Source of the DNA: Octopus vulgaris
Taxonomy: Eukaryota
DNA length: 64,000 nt
Direction: 5' to 3'
Assembly (NCBI GenBank): GCA_951406725.2
Contig: OX597818.1
Span: forward strand, 103,478,001 to 103,542,000
Shown here in pieces: positions 1 to 12,963 of this stretch; the stretch's first letter is position 1, and every line of letters starts with the position of its first letter. Under the pieces are notes generated by a model. The model was not told the DNA's origin. It did not search any database and saw nothing but the letters and a program-made list of their open reading frames with translations. The translations under genes and the position numbers were made by a program.

Positions 1-242
1 ATTGCCTTGCTTTCTCCCAAAACATTTAATGCTCTTAGCTTAGACATTTAGAGCCAACCAGGTTTGAACAGTCTCAAATGTAACCGGCCGAAACTACAAG
101 TATAATATGAAAACTTGACTGAGGAGAGAAAGTTACGAATGACCTGTCCTTGTTTTGTCCTGTCCTCCTCTTTGTTGTTCTTCCAATTTGTCCGAGTGTT
201 TTATTGCCGTCCGTTGCGTTTCTGTTTCATTTTTTGGATTCA

Positions 243-298
243 CATATACATACATACATACATACATACATACATACATACATACATACATACATACC
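243..298. repeat. (TACA)n microsatellite
   Basis: Direct tandem tetranucleotide run. Confidence 0.95.
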
Positions 299-302
299 TG
301 CA

Positions 303-516
303 TACGAGGGGGTGGGTCTGTAAATTTCCTGGATTTAAAGGTATCGCGAAAGTTCTGGATGGATGCACAACTATCTGAGGTTTTCTACGGGGCTTAGAAA
401 AGGTGAATGAGCGCTGCAATATGTGTGGGAACCTGAACGGGGAATAAAATCATAATTAACTATGTACCTGTATTTTCTTTAACCCGATGTCAGGCACTTT
501 TCTGCATACCGTCTTA
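303..516 (+). mobile_element. Internally deleted mariner element (MITE-like)
   Basis: Starts TA-CGAGGGGG...TGTAAATTTCCTGG and ends CAGGCACTTTTCTGCATACCGTCT-TA (imperfect TIRs). Bases 382-447 translate FLRGLEKVNERCNMCGNLNGE*, matching the mariner transposase C-terminus (F..GI.KL..RW.KC....GEY). Confidence 0.7.
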
Positions 517-535
517 TGTATGTATTCATATACCC

Positions 536-537
<2 letters not shown>

Positions 538-602
<65 letters not shown>

Positions 603-620
603 TTGTGTGTGTGTATGTGT
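538..620. repeat. (TG)n microsatellite
   Basis: Direct dinucleotide run. Confidence 0.95.
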
Positions 621-631
621 GAAAGCATCGA

Positions 632-1194
632 TCAGGCAGAATCGTTAGCACACCGGGCGAAATGCGTAGCCGTATTTCGCCTGCCGTTACGATCTGAGTT
701 CAAATTCCGCCGAGGTCGACTTTGCCTTTCATCCTTTCGGGTTCGATGAATTAAGTACCAGTTACGCACTGCGGTCAATGTAATCAACTTAATCCGTTTG
801 TCTGTCCTTGTTTGCGCTCTCTGTGTTTGGCCCCTTGTGAGTAGTAAAGAAATAGGTATTTCGCCTGCCGCTATGTTCTGGGTTCAAATTACGCCGAGGT
901 TGACTTTGCCTTTCATCCTTTCGGGGTCGATTAAATAAGTACCATTTACGCACCTGGTCGATAAAATCGAGTCAATCCGTTTTTCTGTCCTTGTTTGTCC
1001 TCTCTGTATTTAGCCCCTTGTGGGTAGAAAAGAAATAGAAATTGGCATTTCATCATTCGTAACATTGTGAGTTCAAATTCCACTGAGGTCGAATTCGTCT
1101 TTCACCAGTTCGGCATTCTAGTCAAACACTTGGGTCGATGTAATATAATTTACCTCTCACCAGAAATATTTGGCCTTGTGACAAATGTTTAAAG

Positions 1195-1195
<1 letters not shown>
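632..1195 (+). mobile_element. tRNA-derived SINE family B, tandem copies (632-853, 854-1037, degraded 1050-1195)
   Basis: Box-B-like GTTCAAATTCC and the motif GTCGACTTTGCCTTTCATCCTTTCGGGGTCGATAAATAAGTACC recur three times here. The same sequence recurs at 12.4, 22.6, 26.5 and 34.2 kb. Confidence 0.85.
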
Positions 1196-1245
<50 letters not shown>

Positions 1246-1248
<3 letters not shown>

Positions 1249-1378
1249 CGAGCGGTTATGCACGATGTTCGAATAACATTACTAAATTGCCGAATTTCTT
1301 ATAAATATATATATATTTATAAGAGTAAATTTGGCAATTTAGTAATGTTATTCGAACATCGTGTATAACCGTTCAAAT
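1246..1378. repeat. Near-perfect inverted repeat (about 60-bp arms) around a (TA)n core
   Basis: GCGGTTATGCACGATGTTCGAATAACATTACTAAATTGCC versus GGCAATTTAGTAATGTTATTCGAACATCGTGTATAACCGT. Confidence 0.9.
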
Positions 1379-1699
1379 CCCACCCGATCAGCTTTGTCAA
1401 TTCTTCAGTGCTTATAAATAATGATGATATTGGACGGAGTAAATTGTCTGTGAGATGTGAAACATTTTTCGTCGCCTGAAAGCAAGTATTTACTCCTTTC
1501 ATTCTTGTGAATATCGCCTTTCGATAATCAATGATAGAACATCTCTAAATGAGAAAGACCTAATGCAGCTGGTAATATGAAAGTTTAGTTTCAAGACTGA
1601 TTTGAATTATCACGTCGATAATATTTGTTATTTCCTTATATAAAACTTGATTTTCCCAGATGTAACTTTTTCCTAACCATATAGTTCTGCTTTCAGTCC

Positions 1700-2040
<341 letters not shown>

Positions 2041-2777
2041 GTTTTGAAATTTTATCTGATACGGTGGAAACCTTATTGAAGATGTTTCTTAGATAATAAA
2101 ATAGGTTACTTGTTCAAAAGTCTAGTCGACAATTTGAATGTTAAATTGGAGTGTTCACTTTGAGCAATTGAAGTTTTCACAATTACTTCGATTAAAATAT
2201 TTATTGCGTATTCGTTTTGATTAAACCAATCAAATTGCAGCCTACGAAGTAAAACAAGATTTCTTTTTGATTGTAGCATGAAGTACTACTGATTTAGGAA
2301 TTGTCCATTGGTATAGAATCAACATCTCAAAAGATTGGCTGATTACAACAAATTTTACTCAAATTGGTGCAACACTTGTTGATAAGAATGAAATCTTGAA
2401 GATGTTTATCATTGAATTTACGCTGCTCAAAATCGTATTGGAAGTTGGACGCTTTTAAGTGTTAAACGTTTTAAGTGTTAATTTCGTTAGAACTATTCTG
2501 TTGTGAGCACAGCAGATATCAGCAGATCACACCTTGATCTGGAATGTGCACATCTCATATTTCTTGTCTCCGTTGATGATACAATAAATTAGGTGCCAAT
2601 TAGTTTACCGCAGATGCAGCCATGTAGTTATATATATATATGCTATTTTGGTGGAAGAATAATGTCGGTTATAATGAATATTTATAATGAATATTTAAAT
2701 GTCATACTTCATTTGAATTGCATCGTTCTCTGTCATCAAATCAATAATAACTGGCCATTTTTCATGTCCCCTTCTAA

Positions 2778-3000
2778 TGCAGAAGATCGTGTCTTGGTGA
2801 TTAAGGTGTTGGACTCATGATACAACTATTATAGTTTCCATTGTTAGACAGGAGAATACATTGCGCCTTTGGACAAAGTGCTTCATTTTAAATGGCTGCA
2901 CTCCGCTCAGCTGGCAAAAATGACTAACCTTTTGACGGACCGCCGCGAAAATAACCAGAAAGCCGGCATTAAGCGTCCAAATGACTCGGATGGAGCTTAA
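2778..3000 (+). mobile_element. SINE family D, degraded copy
   Basis: Similar to the reverse complement of 44543-44789 (CTCAGCTGGCAAAAATGA motif, tRNA-like head). Confidence 0.55.
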
Positions 3001-3497
3001 TCTGTTGTCCTTCCTATGCGACGATTAATTTCCCCTAATACTTGAACTTTATCATTACCTTACACTGCCAATAGAGCTACACGCCACACTTCGTTGTAAA
3101 CATTTCTATCTTGGTTTTCAGCCACAAGTTTCGGAACTGAGTCAATGATGATGGAAAAAAAAAAACTGGATATTTGATATGTCTCGCATTATGACAACGA
3201 ATTTCGTCGTCTGCGTGCCTGGCCCGTACACCGTACCTCGCTAACTGTTTTCTATATTTGGCACACAGGCCCTGACACAAAGGGTAACGACACAAGGACA
3301 GACAGAACACCACAGTGGGGACAAAATACATTAAACGAATAAATGAGAGATGGATAATAATTAAATGAGGATGTAATGGTTGCTTGAAAAAACTCGCACG
3401 CAGTACCATTTAACTGCTTTTATGTCATTTTCCTCTCTTTGTTTTCCTTTTAGTATCGTATGTGTAGTCTTTAAAATTTGAAAAGCTTACTCACGTT

Positions 3498-3881
3498 CTA
3501 CCGTTTTATATATGGCAACAAGTCGTCGTAATCTATAACTGGCAGTAGGTCGTCAAACTCTACCCTTTCTCCTATTGGGTCCATTTTGTTTCCAAACCAA
3601 TTCTTCAATTTCTCAATTCTTTCTTCGTCCATTACTATGGCTTTTGTACTTTCTGGGTAATGTTCAGTTGGTAATTTAACTGTTATCACCGATTTAAATT
3701 TGGTGATTTTTCCTTCTATATCTGTGCTTTTTGTATACGTTACCATATGCCATTTGTTTTTTCCGGCTCTTTGACTGTTCGCTCCTGCAGTGCAATTGGG
3801 TGGTTGTCTGTAATGGTTTCCTTTTCTTTTTCCTTCGTTATTGATGCTGGTGGGGGTTCCTGTAGTGAAAAATGGCCACAT
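3498..3881 (-). CDS. Orphan 127-aa ORF of unknown function, probably repeat-borne
   Basis: Uninterrupted, non-microsatellite ATG-initiated ORF ending ...EFDDLLPVIDYDDLLPYIKR. No domain recognised. Confidence 0.25.
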   Translation of the reverse strand: MWPFFTTGTPTSINNEGKRKGNHYRQPPNCTAGANSQRAGKNKWHMVTYTKSTDIEGKITKFKSVITVKLPTEHYPESTKAIVMDEERIEKLKNWFGNKMDPIGERVEFDDLLPVIDYDDLLPYIKR

Positions 3882-4802
3882 AATATCCTCAGCGCCTCAC
3901 TCCTATTTTTATGTAAAAATAAATATTTCATATTTTTTTCTAATTTATATATATTATGAATCATTTGATATTTAATAAAATATTATATAATTTGTATACA
4001 ATACTGTAATAATATTATAATTAATTCATAGCGTGTCCCAATTCACCGCCTGACTCCCAATGCCTCTTTTTTCTCTTCCACCTGGATTGTATCAACGCCC
4101 ACCGAGGGGCGGTAGCGCCCATTTTGAGAACCTGTGTCCTAGAGGGTGAAAATGCTCTTTTTTGATAAAACGTCGGGAAAGTCAGCCCTTGTAGGAGAAA
4201 GATTCTCTGACATAAAACCTGCAGTCTAAACAGTACGAGTCAGCTTGAAATAATTGTCATTGGAACCGACTATGAGGACCAAGAGGGTGACAATATTGTT
4301 GTACATGCTTTTGTCATTTATATTCAAAAAACATTATATATGTCTCTGAATGTGAGGTGGCTATCATATATGAGACAATTAATCGTGGAGTTTATAATAC
4401 GCTTAATATTACGCATAGTCATATTTGTAATCATCACTGTCTTTTCACACTGCGCTCCGGTTTATCTGATCCACTCCATCCTCCGTTACATCTTCCTCAT
4501 TTATAAAGACAAACACATGCACTCGCTCACTTTTGCACTAATATATCTAGCACTTCCACTCACGCGTCCACAATAACCCCGAATAAAACTAATACTACAA
4601 GATTAACATGCTTGCACACACCTGTACGGTGGATGTTCATACACCTCTCCAAAAATACGCACGTACCAAAATCTTTCCTACACATATGCCTATGATGAAT
4701 GCACATTCCCAATATTTTCTACCTTCCCATAACTTTCTTCCTTCATTCCCTGTCACAGAATGGCAAGATGCTTTGGCATATATTATTTGATATTCGTCCT
4801 AT

Positions 4803-5047
4803 TCTTTTTACCTTTATTCGTTTATTCCTTTACTTGCTTCAGTCATTTGAAAGCGACCATGCTGGAGCAACGCATTTAATCGAGCAAATTGTTCCCAAGA
4901 CTTATTCCGTGTGAGGGTAGCTGTTATTCTATCGGACTCTTAGGCCAAACTGCTAAGTTATGGGATCGTACACACACCCGCATCTCTCGTCAAGTGCTGA
5001 TGAGGGACAAAAAACGGACGCACAAACACACACACATATACATATAC

Positions 5048-5125
<78 letters not shown>

Positions 5126-5288
5126 GACGGGTTTCTTTCAGTTTCCATCTACCAAATCGACTCACAAAGCTTTGGTCGCCCGGAGGCTATAGTAGAAGAC
5201 ACTCGCCCAAGGTGACACGCAGTAGGACTGAAGCCGGAACCATTTGGTTAGTTACAAAACTACTTACCACACAGACATTCCTACGCCT
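4803..5288 (-). mobile_element. SINE family A, full length, with internal (TA)n
   Basis: On the minus strand: tRNA-like head, CORE-like CACCTTGGGCGAGTGTCTT, central microsatellite, and 3' tail GCTCCAGCATGGTCGC...TGACTGAAGCAAGTAAAG. Confidence 0.85.
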
Positions 5289-7814
5289 ATAAATATTTTA
5301 TCCTTTGTCCCCGCCACACACCACCACCATGTCTATGAATTTCTTTCTTCCTCTCTTTTGCCTTAATTTCGTTTATTTCCTGAGAAAGCTAATAACATAC
5401 GAATGATCAAGATAAACCTTATTTCCTTTCAAAATTTAATCTAAGAACTGTTTGTATTTAAATTTTTAAAATAGACTTTAAAAGTTACAAGATACGTATT
5501 TGTATGAATAAATATAAATGAAGCGTAGTAGAATGCCAAATAGTGCTAGGAAGTGATAAAATCGAAGAGCAGAATGGATAGTTATACTTGGAACAGAGAG
5601 TAAATATACGCTACGCCGAGACATAAACACTGAAATTCCGGGCAGGGTAAGAGCAGAGATGGGGGATGGTAACCCTCTGCTATAAGTTGAACGAGCAGAA
5701 CTTTGCTACGACCGCGTATGTTAGAACTATGGTAGTGTTTCTTGCACCGAAAATGAGACGCTGAACTGTGACATCTTATCAACCATAAATACTTGAGTAT
5801 CTGAAATCTAACCTTAATCCAATAATTCTTGTAATACAGAAAACGTCATCACAAACGAAGTTTGATTTAGAGCCTCGACTCGTTTGACAATCTGAAATAT
5901 ATATGTTTGGGAGAAATAATATCTGCACTCGAATTACAGCGAAAGGTTTTTATATGTTACTAAAACCTAGACAGAAGTCAATAGCTTTACTTCGTAAGTG
6001 CATAGACGTTTATAAGAAATACATGGATACAATATGAAAAATCAATCCACTCATGTGATTTTCTTATTTCCCAGCATGACGAACTTGTTTAATAACATTT
6101 TCGCAAATATTGAACTTCATAGTATGGAAACAATACCCATAAAGCCGTTTAAGAGAAAGCATATATCTATTGAATAAACAACTCACTAAATATATCTCTT
6201 TCCCTTTCTTTTTTCTACGTACCAGTTATGAGATCAACAAGCTTTAAATATCCAGCGTTAAACAATAAGCCTCGACTGTTATCTATTTATCAATGAAAGC
6301 ATTATCGTAATATGTTGCACGTGACAGCTACCAAGACAATATTCTCTCACCTATTAACAAATCTCTTATGAAATAAAGAAAACACTAATACATATAAAAC
6401 ACACATATATAATATTCATTACTGCTGTACTACGAGTTATGTCTTAATATTTGTACAATAACGGAATAACGTATTTTATTGACTCTTAAGTTCTACAAAC
6501 AAGTTAATATCGCAGCCATCAGCTTTGGGAATCTATGGAGAATTGTTGACTTTACTAAGTACATGTTTGGTAACCTGAATACTTTTATTTACTATGAAAG
6601 TTCAATACATTAAGATTGACGCAAGTATTCGACAACAAACAGAATGATTGGCGACGTCTATGTGGAACAATTCCCTCAGACTGTTAAATGGGATAAATAT
6701 CGAAGTTAAATAGCCGAAGAAAATCAACTTCGTTTAATTTGGTTTGTGTACAAACGAAGAGCTAATATTTAAGTTATCAAAGATAAGAAGTAGAGAATTT
6801 TAAAGATATTTCTAGTAAATAACGGTTGATCAGACATTTTCATATGCTGCTGAAATCTACACATTGAATAGAAGTATATATCTTTATTATTTAATTGGAG
6901 TTCTAATAAGTCTATTATTATCCATTCTTTCGCTGTCTTTCCCGCTCTCTCACTCTATTCACTTTCCGCCTAACGTTCGGTGTTCTGTCAGTTCTCAGTA
7001 AATTCTCACTCTACTACTCCCGTTTAAATCCAGTTAAACGTTTCGATGAAGGCGCATCTTTGTTTTCAGAGGACATGCTATGAATAGCAGCCAAACCTAC
7101 TTAAAACTACACCGTAAAGACTATTACAGGAAGACTGACACATGTGATAACACAATATATTGTCTGAATAAAATAAAGGATGGGACACAAACGTTGTTGA
7201 TCGTATTGCGACTCAAAGCTGAGGGGTATTAGTCATGAAGAAAAAACAACAACACAACACAACAAAAGTAACAGCAACAAATCATGGCGAAAAACTTTCA
7301 AATGTCATTGAAATATGTGTGGTTCTCATAGAGTAATAAATCTCAGAAATTCTGTTCCTTTGAAGAAACTGATAAATCAAATTAATCCAGAAAGAGAGCG
7401 ACTTCTTTATTGTATTTTGTCACACTTGCAAAATATAAAATAACTAATGCTTGGAAACTTTACTTAGTATTGCTGCTAACGACATTCTTCAGATATAAGA
7501 AGGTGGCGGATGTGGAGTGTTGGGAGATCGAAGGACAGAACGGCTTTGTTTGTAAATTATTTTTCCTGTGTATAAATACGACAGGAGCAGCATTAGCCAT
7601 TCATTCTCTGAAGGTTGATAAAAAGAAGTAAGGGGAAATAAAAGGAGTGAATACAATCAATTATGTCTTCTGTGTCTTAAAATTGAAGTCTTCTGCTTAC
7701 GTAACATATCTGGATTATGGCAGAAGATTATTGTCAAAACGATAGTGCTCTGGTTGTATTGTGGTCCAATGCAAAATTCTTAATTAGATTATTGTTGATT
7801 AGGCATAGTTCATA

Positions 7815-8045
7815 CTCTCGTTTTTGACTTTTATTTATCTCAGTCATTTGACTGTGGCCATGCTGGAGTACCGCCTTTAGTTGACCAAATTGATCCCATA
7901 ACTTATTCTTTGTAAGCCTAGTACATATTCTATCGGTCTCTTTTGCCGAACCGCTAGGTAACGGGGACGTAAACACACCAGCATCGGTTGTCAAGCAATG
8001 TTGGGGAGGGGGGCAAAAAACGGACACACAAACATATACACACGC

Positions 8046-8106
<61 letters not shown>

Positions 8107-8253
8107 GTTTCCGTCTACCAAATCCACTCACAAGGCTTTGGTCGGCCCAAGACTATATTAGAAGACACTTGCCCGAGATACCACGCAATGGGGCTGAATC
8201 CGAAACCATGCTGTTCGTAAACAAGATACGTACCACACACACACCCCTACGCA
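7815..8253 (-). mobile_element. SINE family A, full length
   Basis: High similarity to the 4803-5288 and 38591-38957 copies. Confidence 0.85.
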
Positions 8254-9291
8254 TGTGGAAATTTGTCCTGTTACTCTGAAGTTTTAGTAAAAAACTTGGC
8301 AGTGTTTATCATCAGTATGTGTTCAATGAAATGTGTGATAGTAATATCTCAGTATGAAATTTATATGAAAAATTGAGAAAGGAAAATTTATAGGTGGGTG
8401 GAAAATAAATATCATGATATTATTAAGGGTCCTGGCAAGAAGATATCGGAGGAGAATCTGAGAAATCCCTATTCTTTATTTAGATAATTTCTTTTGTGCT
8501 CAGTGGTCTATTTTCCGTTTCACTATAAAGGAAGTGAAACCCGTGTTAGAAACATAAAATAAAATAAAACAAAAATAGTTAAAAGAAAAATGGAAAGACT
8601 AAACCTACAGGGTTACTAATAAAATGCCCTATCACTTTTAGTGACACATTTTAAAGGTATGATTAGCTAGATTAGCTTTCCCTTTCTTTTGTCATACACA
8701 AAAAACGCGAAACACTAAGATACCAAAGTCGCGTTCATAACAACACTACACTTACATGTTCTACAGCGTTCTGATACTTTCAAAAATCGATACTGCGATA
8801 GATATAATGCTAGGAATCAATACTTTCATATAAGAAATCAATAATGTAGAGCTATGAATGAATATTAAGAATACGGTGCAGTTAATTTATTGATTTTAAA
8901 CAAGAGATATATCAAGAAGACAAAACAAATTATTAAAAATACTTAACCTTTCTTCCCTTTGAGGAAAATAATGCAAGATGTATTCAAGTACAATAAGAGG
9001 TTTATAGCAGCTATATTGAATATTATTAAGGGGGAGCAGGGTATCGGAATGACTAAATTTGTTGATTACAATATCAATTTCCTGTTAATGTCCTATTCTG
9101 TCACTTGCGCCAGTGACATTATTTGGATTACGTTATCGAAATAAACACCATTTCGTCTACTTATGGTAGAAAGCATTTCCCTTTCTTCAAGTCGTCCGGT
9201 TATATTAATTTTGCTTGTAATATGTTAAGACGGATAACAAGAAGCCTCTAAACTAAATTAGTTGATGGTTTTCGTCTTTACAATGCAGTGT

Positions 9292-9350
9292 GGGACCCTA
9301 CGATGATATCATTTATCCTGCCGCGGTGGATAGAACGAAACTAGTCGAAT
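9292..9350 (+). ncRNA. Degenerate minimal hammerhead motif in a PLE-like repeat
   Basis: ACGATGA...TTATCC-loop-GGATAG...GAAA-CTAG-TC. The core and stem I are mutated. Confidence 0.3.
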
Positions 9351-11034
9351 ACTGAGTTGATTGTAATTGTTTTAAAATTGTTGGTTTTGTGAAAAACTTT
9401 GAATAGATTATAAATTCGATTATCTCGTTTTCTGAGTGCTAAGGATACCGAATGTAAAAGAACAATATTTTGTTCTTCTCTACGAACAGAAATATTCGGA
9501 ATATATGAAGGATGACCCCCTGACAAAAAATATTTTGCTTGAGATTTGTTTTCCTTTTTTTTTTAATTATTTTCCCTTTTTTTGATGTCACTTTTTATGT
9601 GCTTTGTGTATTAGTGGTTAATCTTAATTATGTTCACACCTGCCCTTGTAGAAATAGCTGGTAGTCACCAAGTTAATAAAACCCAAATCACCTGCTCTTA
9701 ATATTTTAAAACACAGACCTTAAATAATAATGAACAAGCAACACATAGCAATTAAAGTCACAGGAACTTTTAAGTGGTTAATTCAAGAGAAATTTGTCAA
9801 AAAGGCATGTATAACTTCCTTAGCAACTACATCAACAGCAAATCATTTTATTGTAGCATGACAATCAAAAATACGTAGTCATCGTTGAGCAGCAAACAAA
9901 GTAGACACATGAAAAATGTATGTGACAAAAGTAAGTGCGTCACAAGAGGACGAAGAAAAAACTTGCATACGCTTATTTGTTATCTTAAAGCAGGAATTTG
10001 TATGCCGCTGCTCTGGGAAGGGGAAATCAAGGAAGGTTTGGCCGGTGTTTATTATGATATTTAATCATTCGACTGGGGCAAGAATCGTCGTTTAGCATTA
10101 CACTGATGAAAAGATACCAGTAGAGTTGATATGACTGATGATTGTCTTAGTTCGTAAGCGCAGCAGGTGAGAAATATGAGAAACGTAAGAATAACGACAA
10201 GATAATGAACGATAATGCAGGTTCTTGGCTTATCTTAAACATTGTGGAACAATATGGGCAAGAGGTTGTGTAAAGGGGACATGTGTTCATGCCAGGTCTG
10301 TAAGGGGATCGACGTCTAGGACCTTTTGATGTTGATAAATTTATGAGGTGTAGACCAATGTGGGGACGAAGTAGAAGTCAATTTCATTGGTGGTGTATGG
10401 TAGATGGAAGTATTTTGGTTACATATTCTTGTCTGGGAATGACTCCAGAAATTTATATCCAGAGGAGTGAGAACTGAAATAAAAGTTATGAGATACGACA
10501 AACAGTAATACACAGAGGATTGACCTCAGCAGGATCAGATCAACTGAGGAGGATGGACTTATCGACTGACAGAATGAGTGGGCAGAATCTTCTAAACATA
10601 TGCTGAAGAGGAGGAAAAAGATGTTGCTGACGAAGGAGGTAAAATTAGACCTGATATCCAAAATACAGGCTACAAAGAAGATGTAGGATTTGAGTAAAAA
10701 CTTGTTGTCCAGTAATATATGGACAGTCAGTTTTGCAGCCGTCCTGGCCGGAAATGCAACAGAGACGTCAATACCGTAATTCTATATCTGTTAGGAAATA
10801 ACTGGGAAAGTTTTGCCTATTTGAATTGTGTACAATATGATCAATACGTTTTAATATATTGAAATTCGATATGCACTCAATTATAGATATTACATATACA
10901 CACACATACACGCGACCGTAAACACTCAATAACACTCACATACACACACACACACATATATATAAGTATATATATATATATATATATATTAGTACGTTTT
11001 GATCATTTGTGTGATAGTTTGTGTTCTCTGTCTG

Positions 11035-11175
<141 letters not shown>

Positions 11176-11269
11176 GACCAGTAAAAGAACTAAAAATTAG
11201 TATAGAATTGAATGTAGATTACCATTCATGCAGGGAGCGCAAACGATAGAAGTAAGTGTTGACTGCGAA

Positions 11270-12332
11270 TGTAAAGAGCTGTATATGAATAGAAAGAATG
11301 GTGGCAGAGGCCTAATTAGTATTGACCATATTATAAGGAGTGAAGGATGAACGCTTGCCGAATATTTGATAAATAGTGACAAAGATGTGCTGCAATATAA
11401 TGGGACACATAGTATTACTGATATGTTTAAATGTTATAGGTAGAACAATAGTGATTATGATAATCACTTTGGTTATGGAGGCGACACAAGGCAAGCACGT
11501 TATTTGTATATACGTGTATACGTATATACATAAATGTGCACGTGTATATACATATAAAGAAAGGAAGAGAGTGATAAGATCTCAATAACAACCGGTTGCG
11601 GTGTCAGATATAGTGCGTCTATATCTGACACTATATAGTCCCATCCTCAAACCTCAAATGGAGTAAGGAGGAAATATCAACACTGGACAGAGGGACGAAA
11701 AACTGATGGTGTTGCAGAGGACTAATTAGTATAGACCATTGTATAAGGAGTGAAAGGAGAACGCTTGCCGAGTATTTGATAAATAGTGACCTGCAGCAAT
11801 ATGCCGCGAAAGATATTGGCGTAATTGCAGATGAAATGATGGTCAAGGAAGAGTTGAACCAAAGAGCTGAAGAGAAGTGAAAAGAATGAGAATGCAGTCT
11901 GAAATGAATACCTAGGATTTTAAGGATAATACAAAATCGTGGGCATGACTTGAGCGAGGTAATTTGAAGCGTAGCACCGAATGCCTGATCATTGCTGCAC
12001 AAGACTAGGCTCCAGCTACCAATTCAGTAGCTATAAAACGTCAGATACCCAGAAATGAAGACTCTGTGGAAAGAGCGTGGGAAATGTGACCCACTTGATA
12101 AATGGATATGAGAGCTTTACAAATAAAAAAAATACAAGCGTCGCCAAGATAAAATTTGTGTGTGTCTTCATTAGTTTTGATGTTGTAAATACCAATATGA
12201 AGTAACAGAGAACTCGTATGAGAATATACGAAGTAAAGTTATACAGGAGGATGGAAAAGTAACGATACTCTAAGACAATGATTTTCAGACGGATCATGTA
12301 ATCGAACTCCCGTCGGCCGGATATTGTTATAG
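11270..12332 (+). pseudogene. R4/Dong-clade (RLE-type) non-LTR retrotransposon remnant
   Basis: Translates LYMNRKNGGRGLISIDH (RT thumb), GNLKRSTECLIIAAQD, zinc-knuckle-like RLCGKSVGNVTHLING...YKRRQDKI, and RLE-like FQTDHVIE..RRPDIVI. Contains stops and frameshifts. Confidence 0.8.
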
Positions 12333-12389
12333 GATATTTAATGGCATGTGAAATTAGCACTTCAGACAAAACACTTAGCAATGGACAAA

Positions 12390-12580
12390 TGCGACAATCT
12401 GGTAGAATCGTGAGCATATCGCTCAAAATGCTTGGCGGCATTTCGTCCGTTCTGAGTTCAAATTCCGCCGGTCAACTTTGCCACTCATCAGTTTCGGGGT
12501 CGATAAAACAAGTACCAGTGATAGACTTAAATACTCCCTCCTACGAAATTGCTGGCGTTGTGCAAAGATTTTTAACCAGT
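12390..12580 (+). mobile_element. SINE family B variant
   Basis: GAGTTCAAATTCCGCC...TTCGGGGTCGATAAAACAAGTACCAG. Confidence 0.75.
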
Positions 12581-12609
12581 ATTATTATTATTATCATTAT
12601 TATTATTAT

Positions 12610-12742
12610 TCAGTAGTTTTATTTTTATAGCGTGCTTTCACTTCACTACCGAGCACAGCTCTGTGTGCCTTGGGTATGTACTGTGATTTGTTGTGATGCT
12701 CTGATGGTTATTGTATGGAAAGTGTTCTGCGTAGGATGTGTG

Positions 12743-12745
<3 letters not shown>
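12610..12745 (-). mobile_element. 3' end of an R4/Dong-type LINE embedded in (TAA)n
   Basis: Minus strand reads AHILRRTLSIQ* (typical R4/Dong ORF C-terminus), then a short 3' UTR running into (AAT)n. (ATT)n arrays lie on both sides. Confidence 0.7.
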
Positions 12746-12818
<73 letters not shown>

Positions 12819-12963
12819 TATGCGAAATGACAGCTACAACAGTGCCCTTTAAAGAAACTTGAGCCCCGATCGTGAAAGAAATTCAGTTGTTGAATCGTTG
12901 CCAGAAGAAAGTGCTCAGTTTGCTCAGCGGGCCCATCCTATCTATATTTGAAGTAATTGCGCA

